Of a DNA stretch of 44,222 bases, positions 1 through 8,874 are shown one piece after another. Position numbers and translations under genes: made by a program. Source of the DNA: an uncultured bacterium. GTDB lineage: Bacteria > Abyssobacteria > SURF-5. The notes beneath the pieces were generated by a model that was not told where the DNA came from, did no database searches, and saw only the letters and a list, made by a program, of their open reading frames with translations. Every line of letters starts with the position of its first letter. Within the stretch, counting starts at the first letter, position 1. Where the stretch lies: assembly GCA_964607485.1 (NCBI GenBank), contig CAZSKP010000037.1, positions 1-44,222 on the forward strand, read 5' to 3'.

Positions 1-228
1 AGGCAGAGAGACATCCCCCCGGTCCAGGCTAACGCGTCCTTCCCGAAGCATAGGGCTCTTGTCCCAAAGGTACGCCGCCTCCAGCGTGGTCAGGCTCACC
101 AGAGAAGTGCAACAGGTGGCGCATCCCGCCCGGCACGCCCACGCCTGGAGAGACCGTGCAATGTCATCGTACCAGCGATAAATAGTCTCCAGAGCAAAAA
201 ACTTCCTGTCACCGGCATTATCTTTCAT
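1..228 (-). CDS. YkgJ-family cysteine-cluster (CxxCxxCC) protein, 5' part only (runs off the window)
   Basis: Not in the ORF track. Manual translation from ATG 228 gives MKDNAGDRKFFALETIYRWYDDIARSLQAWACRAGCATCCTSLVSLTTLEAAYLW..., open to base 1. The C-x3-C-x2-CC followed by LTTLEA matches the YkgJ pattern. Confidence 0.75.
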   Translation of the reverse strand, partial: MKDNAGDRKFFALETIYRWYDDIARSLQAWACRAGCATCCTSLVSLTTLEAAYLWDKSPMLREGRVSLDRGDVSLP

Positions 229-463
229 ATCCGCCTGTACCTTCCTCTTTCCGAAGTATACATCACCCGGCGACTGATTGCTAATCACCTATACAGCCTG
301 CCCTTTACACTTTGTCCGTTCCGGTTGAAACGCAGAGGGCTTTGTGGTATGTTATCTTTGCCCGCCCGGTAAGAGATTTCAAGACCATGGATATATTCTT
401 CAAACATGTTGCGCCCGAAAGGCGGCCCGTCGGTCGCCACCCGCATTCGGCCGCCGGAGAAGG

Positions 464-1951
464 ATGTCGCCCGTGAAGCTATGGGATAGCATCGGACTGC
501 GTACCCGGATACTCTTCACCCTGGGCGCACTCGTCTTGATAACCGTCGGGGGCGGCCTCGTGATGATATGGTACACATATCGGATGGAATCGCTCCTTAC
601 ATCCGTCATACGAACGAATGTGGCCTCGCTTCAGACGGCAAAAGGCCTGGAGACCGCATTGCTGAACCAGAGGGGATACGTTTCTTACTACATTCTGGAA
701 GCCGACCCGGACTGGCTCAAGGAATTGGGAAAGTATCGACAGGCGTTCAATGAACGGCTCAGGGAGGCCCGGGCGATCGACCAAACCAAAGACTCGACCG
801 AAACCCTCGACCGAATCGAGTCGGAATACACGAAGTACATTACCTCCAAGGACCGGGTGATAGAACTCTATAAATCGGGACAGCGCGAGGCCGGCGCCAA
901 GCTTCACCGCGAAGTCCGCGACCAGTTCTTCGTCGTTCTCAAACTGTGCGAGGAGTACAACGACCTGCACAACAAACGGCTCAATGCGGCGTGGGAGCGC
1001 AGCCGCGCCCAGGCGCGCGGACTCCGGATTGTCTCCGCCGCCGGCATCTCCGCCGCGGTCCTCATCGGCGCGCTCCTGTCATTTGTCCTCGTGAATCAGA
1101 TTCTCGACCCGATTCGAAGGCTTGCGCGCGAGGCCGACCGTGCCGGCGCCTCGACCCCGTCGGGCGACGACGTGGCCACGCTCAAACACAGCGTTCGCGG
1201 CCTGATAGAGAACGTGGACCACACCCAGATGGAACTCCAGAGGAGGCAGGAACAGCTCCTGCAATCGGAGAAGATGGCGACGGTGGGAAAGCTGGCCGCA
1301 GAGGTGGCTCACAGCATCCGCAATCCCATGACGTCGATCAACATGCGCCTCTTCTCGTTGGAGCGGACCCTCGACTTGTCGGCCACCCAGAAGGAAGACT
1401 TCGAGGTTATCTCCGAGGAAATGCGGCAGTTGGATAACATCATCCGAAACTTCCTGGAGTTTTCCCGACCTCCCAAACTCAAACTTCAGAAGACCAACGT
1501 ATCCGACGTCGTGGACATGGCTCTCCAGCTTCTCGAAAAACGACTTGAACGCAACGGCGTGAAGGTGGAGCGAAACCGCCGCGAATCGCTGCCGAGCATC
1601 CAGGCCGATCCGGAGCTGCTCAAGGAAGTGCTCGTTAATCTGATCGTAAACGCATGCGAGGCCATGAAGGACGGCGGACGGCTTCTCATCGCAGAGGAAG
1701 ACGTCGTGGCGGAACACATGGGACGAGCGGTCTTGGTCAGACTCAGCGACACCGGGCCGGGAATACCAGAAGCGATTCGCGAACGGGTCATGGAGCCGTT
1801 CTACAGCACGAAGGAGGAGGGCACCGGGCTCGGCCTCGCCATTGCCGTTCGGATTCTGCAGGAGCATGGCGGGCGCCTCGATCTGCGGTCGGAAGAAGGC
1901 AAAGGCGCGACGTTCACCGTCACCCTTCCGGTCGGGGAGGAGGAAGCGTGA
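464..1951 (+). CDS. Membrane sensor histidine kinase (NtrB-like; four-helix periplasmic sensor, HAMP-like linker, HisKA, HATPase_c)
   Basis: Two TM segments; H-box AHSIRNP, N-box NLIVNACEAM, DTGPGI, GTGLGL. Start moved to ATG 464 behind GGAGAAGG. Confidence 0.93.
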   Translation: MSPVKLWDSIGLRTRILFTLGALVLITVGGGLVMIWYTYRMESLLTSVIRTNVASLQTAKGLETALLNQRGYVSYYILEADPDWLKELGKYRQAFNERLREARAIDQTKDSTETLDRIESEYTKYITSKDRVIELYKSGQREAGAKLHREVRDQFFVVLKLCEEYNDLHNKRLNAAWERSRAQARGLRIVSAAGISAAVLIGALLSFVLVNQILDPIRRLAREADRAGASTPSGDDVATLKHSVRGLIENVDHTQMELQRRQEQLLQSEKMATVGKLAAEVAHSIRNPMTSINMRLFSLERTLDLSATQKEDFEVISEEMRQLDNIIRNFLEFSRPPKLKLQKTNVSDVVDMALQLLEKRLERNGVKVERNRRESLPSIQADPELLKEVLVNLIVNACEAMKDGGRLLIAEEDVVAEHMGRAVLVRLSDTGPGIPEAIRERVMEPFYSTKEEGTGLGLAIAVRILQEHGGRLDLRSEEGKGATFTVTLPVGEEEA

Positions 1952-3387
1952 GTTCGATACTGATTGTGGATGACGATTCGCAGTTGCGGCAGAGCTTCGA
2001 CCGGCTGTTGCGCGAGGAGGGCTATGAGATAAGAACGGCCGCCTCCGGAGAGGCCGGCCTCGATGCCGTCAGGCAGAGCGTTCCGGACCTTGTCATCATG
2101 GACATACGCCTGCCGGGCATGAGCGGCATGGAGGCCTTCCAGACGATGCGCGAGATCGACCCGAAGCTTCCCGTGATCATCATGACCGCCTACGGCACCA
2201 CCGACACCGCCATCGAGGCGACCAAGCTCGGAGCCTTCGATTACCTGCTCAAGCCGTTCGATATTCCCGACATCCTGACACTGATAGAGCAGGCGCTCGA
2301 AGCCGGCCGCTTCATGCGGTCGCGTGTCGAGATGGACGTGGTTCCCGAAGCGGCCTCGACCGACGCCATCATCGGCCGCAGCCAGCCCATGCAGGAGGTG
2401 TACAAGGCCATCGGCCGCGTCGCTTCCACCGAGGCGACCGTCCTCATCCGGGGAGAGTCCGGAACCGGCAAGGAACTGGTCGCCCGCGCCATATACCAGC
2501 ACAGCCTCCGCGCGGATAAGCCCTTCCAGGTGATCAACTGCGTCGCCATTCCCGAAACGCTGCTCGAGAGTGAGCTGTTCGGATACGAAAAGGGAGCCTT
2601 CACCGGCGCGGTCAACAGGAGAGTTGGAAAGGTCGAGCAGGCGAACAAGGGCACCGTGTTCCTCGACGAGATCGGCGACATGCCGCTCAGCATCCAGGCG
2701 AAAATTCTGCGACTCCTCCAGGAGAAGAGCATCGAGCGGCTGGGCGGCCGCGAGCCCATACCCGTCGACGTGCGCATCATAGCGGCCACCAACCGCGACC
2801 TCGAAACCGCGCTCGCTGAGGGACGTTTTCGAGAGGACCTCTACTATCGCCTCAAGGTGGTCGCCATCGAGCTTCCGCCACTGCGGGGCCGCAAGGGCGA
2901 CGTGCCGCTCCTGTGCGATTATTTTCTCGCGCGGTTCTCGAAGGAAATGGAAATCGATAATCCGGGAATCTCCGAAGAGGCCCTCGCGATGGTTGAGAGC
3001 CACGTGTGGCCGGGCAATGTCCGCGAGCTGGCCAACGCGCTCAAGAAGTCGCTGATATTCAGCCGCGGCTATCCCATTCGCGCCGAGGATATCTCACAGG
3101 CTGTCCGCAGCGACGCCGTGCAGGGTCCGGCCGACAGCGCCGCCATGGAGAGAGCGATGCGGCAGTGGGTGCGCGAAAGCCTCGTCGGCGCCGGCCGAAA
3201 AGATATGTTTTCGCACCTGACGGACGCGTTCACGCACATGCTCATCAGCGAAGCGCTCAACCTCACCCGAGGCAACCGCACCCGCGCCGCCGAGCTGCTC
3301 GGGATATCGCGACCCACCCTCCACGCCAAGATGGAAAAGTGCGGGCTGACCGGCGATGCGGGCGAAGAAGAACCGCCGCGCGCCTGA
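1948..3387 (+). CDS. Sigma54-dependent response regulator (NtrC family: REC-AAA+-Fis HTH)
   Basis: ILIVDDD receiver, GESGTGKE, GAFTGA, FLDEIGD, WPGNVREL and a C-terminal HTH. The GTG start overlaps the kinase stop (GTGA). Confidence 0.96.
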   Translation: MSSILIVDDDSQLRQSFDRLLREEGYEIRTAASGEAGLDAVRQSVPDLVIMDIRLPGMSGMEAFQTMREIDPKLPVIIMTAYGTTDTAIEATKLGAFDYLLKPFDIPDILTLIEQALEAGRFMRSRVEMDVVPEAASTDAIIGRSQPMQEVYKAIGRVASTEATVLIRGESGTGKELVARAIYQHSLRADKPFQVINCVAIPETLLESELFGYEKGAFTGAVNRRVGKVEQANKGTVFLDEIGDMPLSIQAKILRLLQEKSIERLGGREPIPVDVRIIAATNRDLETALAEGRFREDLYYRLKVVAIELPPLRGRKGDVPLLCDYFLARFSKEMEIDNPGISEEALAMVESHVWPGNVRELANALKKSLIFSRGYPIRAEDISQAVRSDAVQGPADSAAMERAMRQWVRESLVGAGRKDMFSHLTDAFTHMLISEALNLTRGNRTRAAELLGISRPTLHAKMEKCGLTGDAGEEEPPRA

Positions 3388-3405
3388 TCTGCTCCGCGCC
3401 TTCGC

Positions 3406-3437
3406 TGTCAGGATTCTTTACACCTTGTCAAGATTCT
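3406..3437 (+). promoter_or_regulatory. Putative tandem enhancer (UAS) sites for a sigma54 activator
   Basis: TGTCAGGATTCT at 3406 and TGTCAAGATTCT at 3426, a 20-bp period, lying ~110-130 bp upstream of a -24/-12 element. Confidence 0.5.
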
Positions 3438-3537
3438 CGTCGGTCATATCTCCCGACCTGCGCGTCGGCACATTCCCGTTTTCGCAAATATCCTGATTTT
3501 CCCGCGTCTTATGGACATTGCCGGTTTGTCGCGTCCG

Positions 3538-3554
3538 TTGGAATGCCTCTTGCT
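3538..3554 (+). promoter_or_regulatory. Sigma54 (-24/-12) promoter
   Basis: TTGGAATGCCTCTTGCT has GG-N10-GC spacing and sits upstream of the receiver gene. Confidence 0.65.
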
Positions 3555-3622
3555 TGGGAGGACATGAGAGGCACGCGCAGCCTCCGAGACACGGTACAAA
3601 TGAGAGAAGGGGAGCGAGAGCA

Positions 3623-4021
3623 ATGGATGTCAGGCAGTCAATACTTCTCGTTGATGATGATTACGAATTCCTCAGGGCGATGAAGAAGATGTTCGAGAGG
3701 TCGGGCTACGACGTCACCGGCGCCAGCGACGGCCAGGAAGCCCTCGAAGCGCTTTCGGGAGAGGCGTTCGACCTCATCATCTCCGACCTCAGGATGCCCA
3801 ACCTCGGCGGGATGGAATTGATGGAGGAAATCAAGAAGAGAAGGATAAGAACGCCTGTCATTTTCATCACCGCGTTCGGCGAGGTCGAGTCATACATGGA
3901 CCTGATGAACATGGGCGCGTTCGACTACATCAACAAGCCGGTCAAGGGGCAAGAAATTCTCGGTATTGCACAGAAAGCGCTCGGTACTTGCGAAGACTCG
4001 CTCCACGGCTCGCGCCCATAA
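3623..4021 (+). CDS. Single-domain response regulator (CheY-like receiver)
   Basis: ILLVDDD...ISDLRMP...ITAFG...INKP. ATG 3623 follows GGGGAG. Confidence 0.92.
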   Translation: MDVRQSILLVDDDYEFLRAMKKMFERSGYDVTGASDGQEALEALSGEAFDLIISDLRMPNLGGMELMEEIKKRRIRTPVIFITAFGEVESYMDLMNMGAFDYINKPVKGQEILGIAQKALGTCEDSLHGSRP

Positions 4022-4075
4022 GGCTACGCGGCCTGTTGTCCAAATGGTTCTTCAACTATAAACGTTCTCCCGCCT

Positions 4076-4190
4076 CGTCATTGCGAGGAGAAAAGAGCTG
4101 CAAGCTCGAGCGACGAAGTAATCCCGACAGCATGGGGAAGATGCCTTCGAGATTGCTTCGGTCGGGTCGTTGACCCTCCCTCACAATGAC
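4076..4190. repeat. CGTC-type palindromic repeat (REPIN-like), copy A1
   Basis: CGTCATTGCGAGGAG...CCCTCACAATGAC terminal inverted repeats; a near-identical copy is at 32001-32115. Confidence 0.85.
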
Positions 4191-4349
4191 TCCATGATCG
4201 ATGTAGTCCCTGCCGCCCTTCTACATGCTCGACTTCCGGCGACACCTGCCTTTGTGGTAATATAGTATCAACCGTCCCGTTGACTACGCCCTCGCCCGTT
4301 TCTTCCAGAGACTCCGAAACCGGCGTGCAGACGATGAGGAGTATGTGTC

Positions 4350-5780
4350 TTGATGAATCCGGATGATTTCCAGCCCATCTTTCACCCCCGCTCGGTCGCC
4401 GTCATAGGCGCGTCCAACGACCCCACCAAGTTCGGAGGACAGTATCATTTCGCCATGAGGCAGAGGGGATACGCAGGCAAACTCTATGCCGTCAACCCCA
4501 ACGTGTCCGACATCGACGGCGAGAAGGCCTACGCACGCGTGCAGGATATCCCCGGCGACGTCGACTTTGCAGTCGTGGCGGTGGCCGCTCCCTTCGTGGT
4601 GCAGGCGGTCGCCGACTGTGCGGAGAAGCGGGTGCGTGTGGTCGAAATCTTGACCGCCGGTTTCAGCGAAACCGGCTCGCCCGAGGGCATCCTCTGGGAG
4701 GAACAGCTTGCCGAGATCGCGCGGCGAAACGGCATGAGGATAATAGGGCCGAATTGCTTTGGCGTGTACAGCCCCGAGAGCGCGCTCACGCTCCTGCCGG
4801 GTCCCGATTTCCCGAAGGAAGGCGGTCCGGTCGGCGTCCTCTCACAGAGCGGCGGCGTCACCTCTTTCCTGATACGCAAGGCCATCGGGCTCGGCGTGCG
4901 CTTCAGCAAGGTGACCAGCTATGGAAACGCCTGCGACCTGAACGAAATCGATTTGTTTTCCTTCTTCGAAGCCGACGAGCAGACCAAGCTGGTGGTCGCC
5001 TACATCGAAGGCGTGCGCGACGGCAGGCGATTCCTCGAAGCGGTGAAGAAGACCTCGCTCAAGAAACCGGTCGTCATCTGGAAGGGCGGCCTCACGCGGC
5101 TTGGCAGCCGGGCGGTGGCAAGCCACACCGCTTCGCTGGGCGGCAGCAGGGAAGTGTGGAAGGGTTTCTTTCGGCAGACGGGCGCGATTCCGGCGGTGGG
5201 CATCGATGAGATGCTCGACCTGATGCTCGGATTCCTCTCGCTTCCGGATTTTCGGAGCAGGCGCGTCTGCGTCGTCGGCGGGGGCGGAGCCATCACGGTG
5301 GCGGCAGCCGACGAGCTCGATAGGGTCGGACTCTCGATTCCCGAATTCCCGGAGGAGACCCAGCGGGCCATTCGCGCGCATCTGCTCCCAACGGGCAACA
5401 GCGTGAGGAATCCGGTGGACGTCGGCACCCCCATATACCTTCCGCACTGGCTGAAGCCGGTGCTCGAGGTCGTCGCGGCGAGCGAGCTTGTCGAAGCGGT
5501 GATCGTCGAGCAATGGGTGAGCCACTACATGCCGTCTTTTGTGGAAGAGCTGGCGCAGGTGATTCCGTCGGTCCACGAGACGAGCGGCAAACCCTTCATC
5601 GTCACGCTGCCCGAACCCGGCGCATCAAGCGATACGATGGACATGGAAGAAACGCGCCGGAGATACCGGGAATGGTACCTGAAGCGGGGCGTTCCCGCGT
5701 TCGACACGCTCCAGCGCGCCGTCCGCGCCGTGGGGAAAATTGTCCGTTACAACGAATTCGCGGCCGAGCGCAGGTCCTGA
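4350..5780 (+). CDS. Acyl-CoA synthetase (NDP-forming) alpha-type / CoA-binding protein
   Basis: PRSVAVIGAS, TAGFSE, IIGPNCFG, SQSGG, YIEG, KGG...SHTASL (phospho-His), NPVD. No ATP-grasp domain. Confidence 0.9.
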   Translation: MMNPDDFQPIFHPRSVAVIGASNDPTKFGGQYHFAMRQRGYAGKLYAVNPNVSDIDGEKAYARVQDIPGDVDFAVVAVAAPFVVQAVADCAEKRVRVVEILTAGFSETGSPEGILWEEQLAEIARRNGMRIIGPNCFGVYSPESALTLLPGPDFPKEGGPVGVLSQSGGVTSFLIRKAIGLGVRFSKVTSYGNACDLNEIDLFSFFEADEQTKLVVAYIEGVRDGRRFLEAVKKTSLKKPVVIWKGGLTRLGSRAVASHTASLGGSREVWKGFFRQTGAIPAVGIDEMLDLMLGFLSLPDFRSRRVCVVGGGGAITVAAADELDRVGLSIPEFPEETQRAIRAHLLPTGNSVRNPVDVGTPIYLPHWLKPVLEVVAASELVEAVIVEQWVSHYMPSFVEELAQVIPSVHETSGKPFIVTLPEPGASSDTMDMEETRRRYREWYLKRGVPAFDTLQRAVRAVGKIVRYNEFAAERRS

Positions 5781-5806
5781 GCGGATATCCGCAGAATCTC
5801 CGTCCG

Positions 5807-7036
5807 CTAATCCCTTTTCCTCATGACGAGCAGGTCCTGAAAACCGGTTCCTCCGGCCTCTATGTACTCCAGTACTTCGAAATGGCGGGAATATTCCCGT
5901 AACGTGTATTCCTTCGTCTGGAACACCGAGCGATAGTATCCCTTCGGAGCGACCCCGTCCAGGGCCGCATCCGCCATGTCATCGTAAATGCCATTCCTGA
6001 GAATCTCCCTGATTCTCCTTCCCGCGAAGGAGAACATGGCGGCGAACTCACCCTGCACAGTCGCCAGGAACAGTCCTCCCGGCGCCAGGATTCTTTTCAT
6101 CTCTTCCAGCCAGGTAAGCTGAACGTCCTTGGATAAATGCGTTAAGACGGAAAAGGAGATGACGAGGTTGAATGTGTTGTCGGGGTAGGAAGTCGGCGGA
6201 TGCAGCGGGATGACGGAAAAGTCGGCCGGCTTGAGGTTTCCGCTGCACCACTCGACGGCCTCGGCGTCGATGTCGCAGCCGCGTATCTCGGGTATTCCCG
6301 AAAACTTCGAGAAGAAGCCGACTACCCGACCGCAGCCGCAGCCCCAGTCGAGCATGTTCTTGAGCGAAGCAGGGTCGGCGTATTTGCAGGCGGTCGTCCA
6401 GAACTCCTTATAGGATTGCAGCCCCAGGAGCATGTGGATGGAAGCATTCTCGTAGCCGTTCTCCCTCAGCATCAGAGTGGCCGGCGGGGCGGGAAGGCAG
6501 GAGTACAGGTCGGTCCGGAACCACGTCTCGATTTTCGCGATTTCTCTGCCTGCGGAAATTCCCACGACGCAGATGTCAACCATTCCCGCCATGGCATCGG
6601 CCGGTCTGGGAATTTCGAAACGGAAGCCCGAATGTCCCGCGTGGGAAATGAAGGGGAATGCTTTGGCGACGTCGTCCCTTCGTGTTATCGAGACCTCGGT
6701 CGCCTTGTCTTGATTGAGGTAGATGGCGGCCGAATCGAATTCCTTACCGGGAAGCAGTATCCACCCGGACACGGTGAGCGTGCCGTCGCGATATTCTATG
6801 CGGTCGAACGGCCCGCGGGCCGGCTCAAGGTCGGAGAGCGCGCGAGCCGGCTCATAGAAGTGTGCCTCGAACCTCTCGAGCCGTCGCTCAAGCGCCACGA
6901 CGTCGGTCTCAAGCTGGTCGATGCGTTGGCGAAGGCGGGCGAAGTTCGCGACGAATGGGGCGTTGCCCGCCAGTTTTTTCAAGAAAGTTCGTGCCCTGGG
7001 CGGAATAAGGATTCTCACGAATTCGCGCATCCGCAT
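5807..7036 (-). CDS. Class I SAM-dependent methyltransferase with N-terminal coiled coil and beta-rich domain
   Basis: LDWGCGCGR motif I, GCDID, SVLTHL, RILAPGG. The N-terminal VSGW...RDDVAKAFP...SGF segment resembles domains of glycan-modifying enzymes. Confidence 0.85.
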   Translation of the reverse strand: MRMREFVRILIPPRARTFLKKLAGNAPFVANFARLRQRIDQLETDVVALERRLERFEAHFYEPARALSDLEPARGPFDRIEYRDGTLTVSGWILLPGKEFDSAAIYLNQDKATEVSITRRDDVAKAFPFISHAGHSGFRFEIPRPADAMAGMVDICVVGISAGREIAKIETWFRTDLYSCLPAPPATLMLRENGYENASIHMLLGLQSYKEFWTTACKYADPASLKNMLDWGCGCGRVVGFFSKFSGIPEIRGCDIDAEAVEWCSGNLKPADFSVIPLHPPTSYPDNTFNLVISFSVLTHLSKDVQLTWLEEMKRILAPGGLFLATVQGEFAAMFSFAGRRIREILRNGIYDDMADAALDGVAPKGYYRSVFQTKEYTLREYSRHFEVLEYIEAGGTGFQDLLVMRKRD

Positions 7037-7058
7037 CGTTCGAACTCGGGCCGCCCCC

Positions 7059-8345
7059 TCAGTAATCCTCTGGAAACGGCGGGCATTGGATGGAGGAGTA
7101 CGGGTACACGGCCACCCTGGTTCCGTCGGAATAGTTCTTCTTCAGCTCTTCGAGCACGTCATCCCACGCATTGAAGATGTGCGACCTTTCCATCGGCCCG
7201 AAATACTCCGTGTCCATTTTGGAGTGGTATGGATTGAGAATCAGAGTTCGCTCGTACGTCGATGCCGGCAGCTTGCGCGCCATCATGTACTGCGCGCCGC
7301 CGTAGTCGCTCCCGAAACGCGTGTTCCCGTAGTGGTGAATCTGTCCGTCAAGGCTGTGGCACACCATCACGGCGTCGCCGCCCTCCCTCGTCGAGAGGTA
7401 ACACGGCCACAGCCCCTTGCCTGCCTCGTCCTCGATGGGATACGTGTTTGAGACGGTGATGTCCACTCCCATGACGGGGTTGGTGGCGTAGAACTTCTTC
7501 CCGAACCTGACTCCTTCGTAGAACGATTCGAGCCCGTCTCCGGCGAAGATCTTGACCGTCTCCCGTTTCTCGTTGACGATGACATCGACCTTGTAGTCGA
7601 GCCCGACCTTCTTCACGATTTCGTGGCAGTCGTCCCGCAGTGCGTTGTCGTACACCTTGCCGAACGTGAACTCCGAAATCGACCCGTCGGGATTGCGGGG
7701 CATCACTTTCATGTGGTTGTAGTTGATCGTCTTCATGCCCATGACGCCCGGCAGGACGATCTTCAGGCCGCCGCTGAAACCCGCATCGACGTGAGGGATG
7801 ATGCACCCGATTCCGATCCGCAGGTCGCACGCCGCAAACTCGCGATTCACGAGAATCGGCGTGCCCTTGCTCGACTCACCCATGTCGAGCAGGTGCTCCC
7901 ACGCGTTGTGATTATACACGGGGTACTTGACGACGATGTCGTCGCCCAGCTTCTTCGCGAATTCGTTGCGTGTCATGGCCCGGTGGGTTCCCAGCGCGGA
8001 TATGAACCGAATCTGGTCGGGCTTGATGCCGGCCTTGAACAGGATGTCGAGCACGGGGGGCAGGATGTCCGCGACCGGTGTGGGGCGAGTGAAGTCGTCG
8101 AACAATATGGCCACGTTCTTCTTGCCCTTCGCCAGGGAAGAGAGCGGAGAGGTCCCTATCGGCTGCTCGATTTGCTGCCTCATCTCATCCGGGCCGATTG
8201 CTTTCGTGCCGTGTCCGGCCATACGGCACTCGCTGACTTCCCAGTTCTTCGGAAACTTCAACTCGAGCATATCGTCGCCGAACCATGCGCGGATGGGGAT
8301 GCTGACGCCGTTGTTCTCCATTTTCGCTTTCTCCTGTTGAAACAC
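7059..8345 (-). CDS. LarA-family (lactate racemase-like, nickel-pincer) protein
   Basis: DDFTRPTP, ALGTHR, IIPH...GFSGGLKIVLPG and NH motifs typical of the LarA/DUF2088 N-terminal domain. Confidence 0.85.
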   Translation of the reverse strand: MFQQEKAKMENNGVSIPIRAWFGDDMLELKFPKNWEVSECRMAGHGTKAIGPDEMRQQIEQPIGTSPLSSLAKGKKNVAILFDDFTRPTPVADILPPVLDILFKAGIKPDQIRFISALGTHRAMTRNEFAKKLGDDIVVKYPVYNHNAWEHLLDMGESSKGTPILVNREFAACDLRIGIGCIIPHVDAGFSGGLKIVLPGVMGMKTINYNHMKVMPRNPDGSISEFTFGKVYDNALRDDCHEIVKKVGLDYKVDVIVNEKRETVKIFAGDGLESFYEGVRFGKKFYATNPVMGVDITVSNTYPIEDEAGKGLWPCYLSTREGGDAVMVCHSLDGQIHHYGNTRFGSDYGGAQYMMARKLPASTYERTLILNPYHSKMDTEYFGPMERSHIFNAWDDVLEELKKNYSDGTRVAVYPYSSIQCPPFPEDY

Positions 8346-8556
8346 ACCCGTTCCGCCTCCGTGGCGGGTCGAAACTTCGCTATTATTCTAATATCAATTC
8401 TTCGCGTGCGTCAAATCTTTTTTGCACCACCAACCGGCGTTCGACAGAAGTCTCCTCGATAGTCCGGCGAAGAAGTGTCTCATGGTCTTTGGGCATCGGT
8501 CTTTGCAGATTCCCCGATGTGGAACCCGCAGGCGTGTCGTTTGGCGACTGTCGGCT

Positions 8557-8632
8557 CGTCGTTCTGAGCGAAGCGAAGAATCTCTCATCATATCCTCCCC
8601 ACAGGAGATGCTTCGCTGCGCTCAGCATGACA
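8557..8632. repeat. CGTC/TGTC-type palindromic repeat, copy B1
   Basis: GTCGTTCTGAGCGAAGCGAAGAATCTC...GAGATGCTTCGCTGCGCTCAGCATGAC; related to 21158-21266. Confidence 0.85.
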
Positions 8633-8693
8633 CTTAGGCGCGTCGCACTCGGGAACCGAGCAAGAATGGGGAAACAGCAGAGTTATTCGAAGA

Positions 8694-8723
8694 TTGACAC
8701 ATCCCGCACGCCGTTGGTATACT
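8694..8723 (+). promoter_or_regulatory. Sigma70-type promoter
   Basis: TTGACA-N18-TATACT with an extended-10 TG, upstream of the second CoA-binding gene. Confidence 0.6.
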
Positions 8724-8874
8724 CATTATGATTCCGGATGCGCCCTTGCGGGCGCGGCGTGAAATCGAACGTCTCCCCCTTTGCCCCGTTCGTACGGTCT
8801 CTGTTGGATCCCAGCGATAACAGCGCAGGAACAGCCCTAAGAATCCCGGAAAGCAGGCGGCGGTGAAAGATACC

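Noticed and set aside
344-463. N-terminal extensions in the ORF track (starts 344, 1654, 3518, 15740, 19834, 21339, 31581)
   Set aside because: Downstream starts have RBSs and match family N-termini; the extensions overlap neighbouring genes or promoters.
8383-8731. Short ORFs over the palindromic repeats (also 3988-4173, 21029-21314, 31831-32119)
   Set aside because: They are translations of the repeat itself (VILSEAKNL / SLRMT-type peptides).
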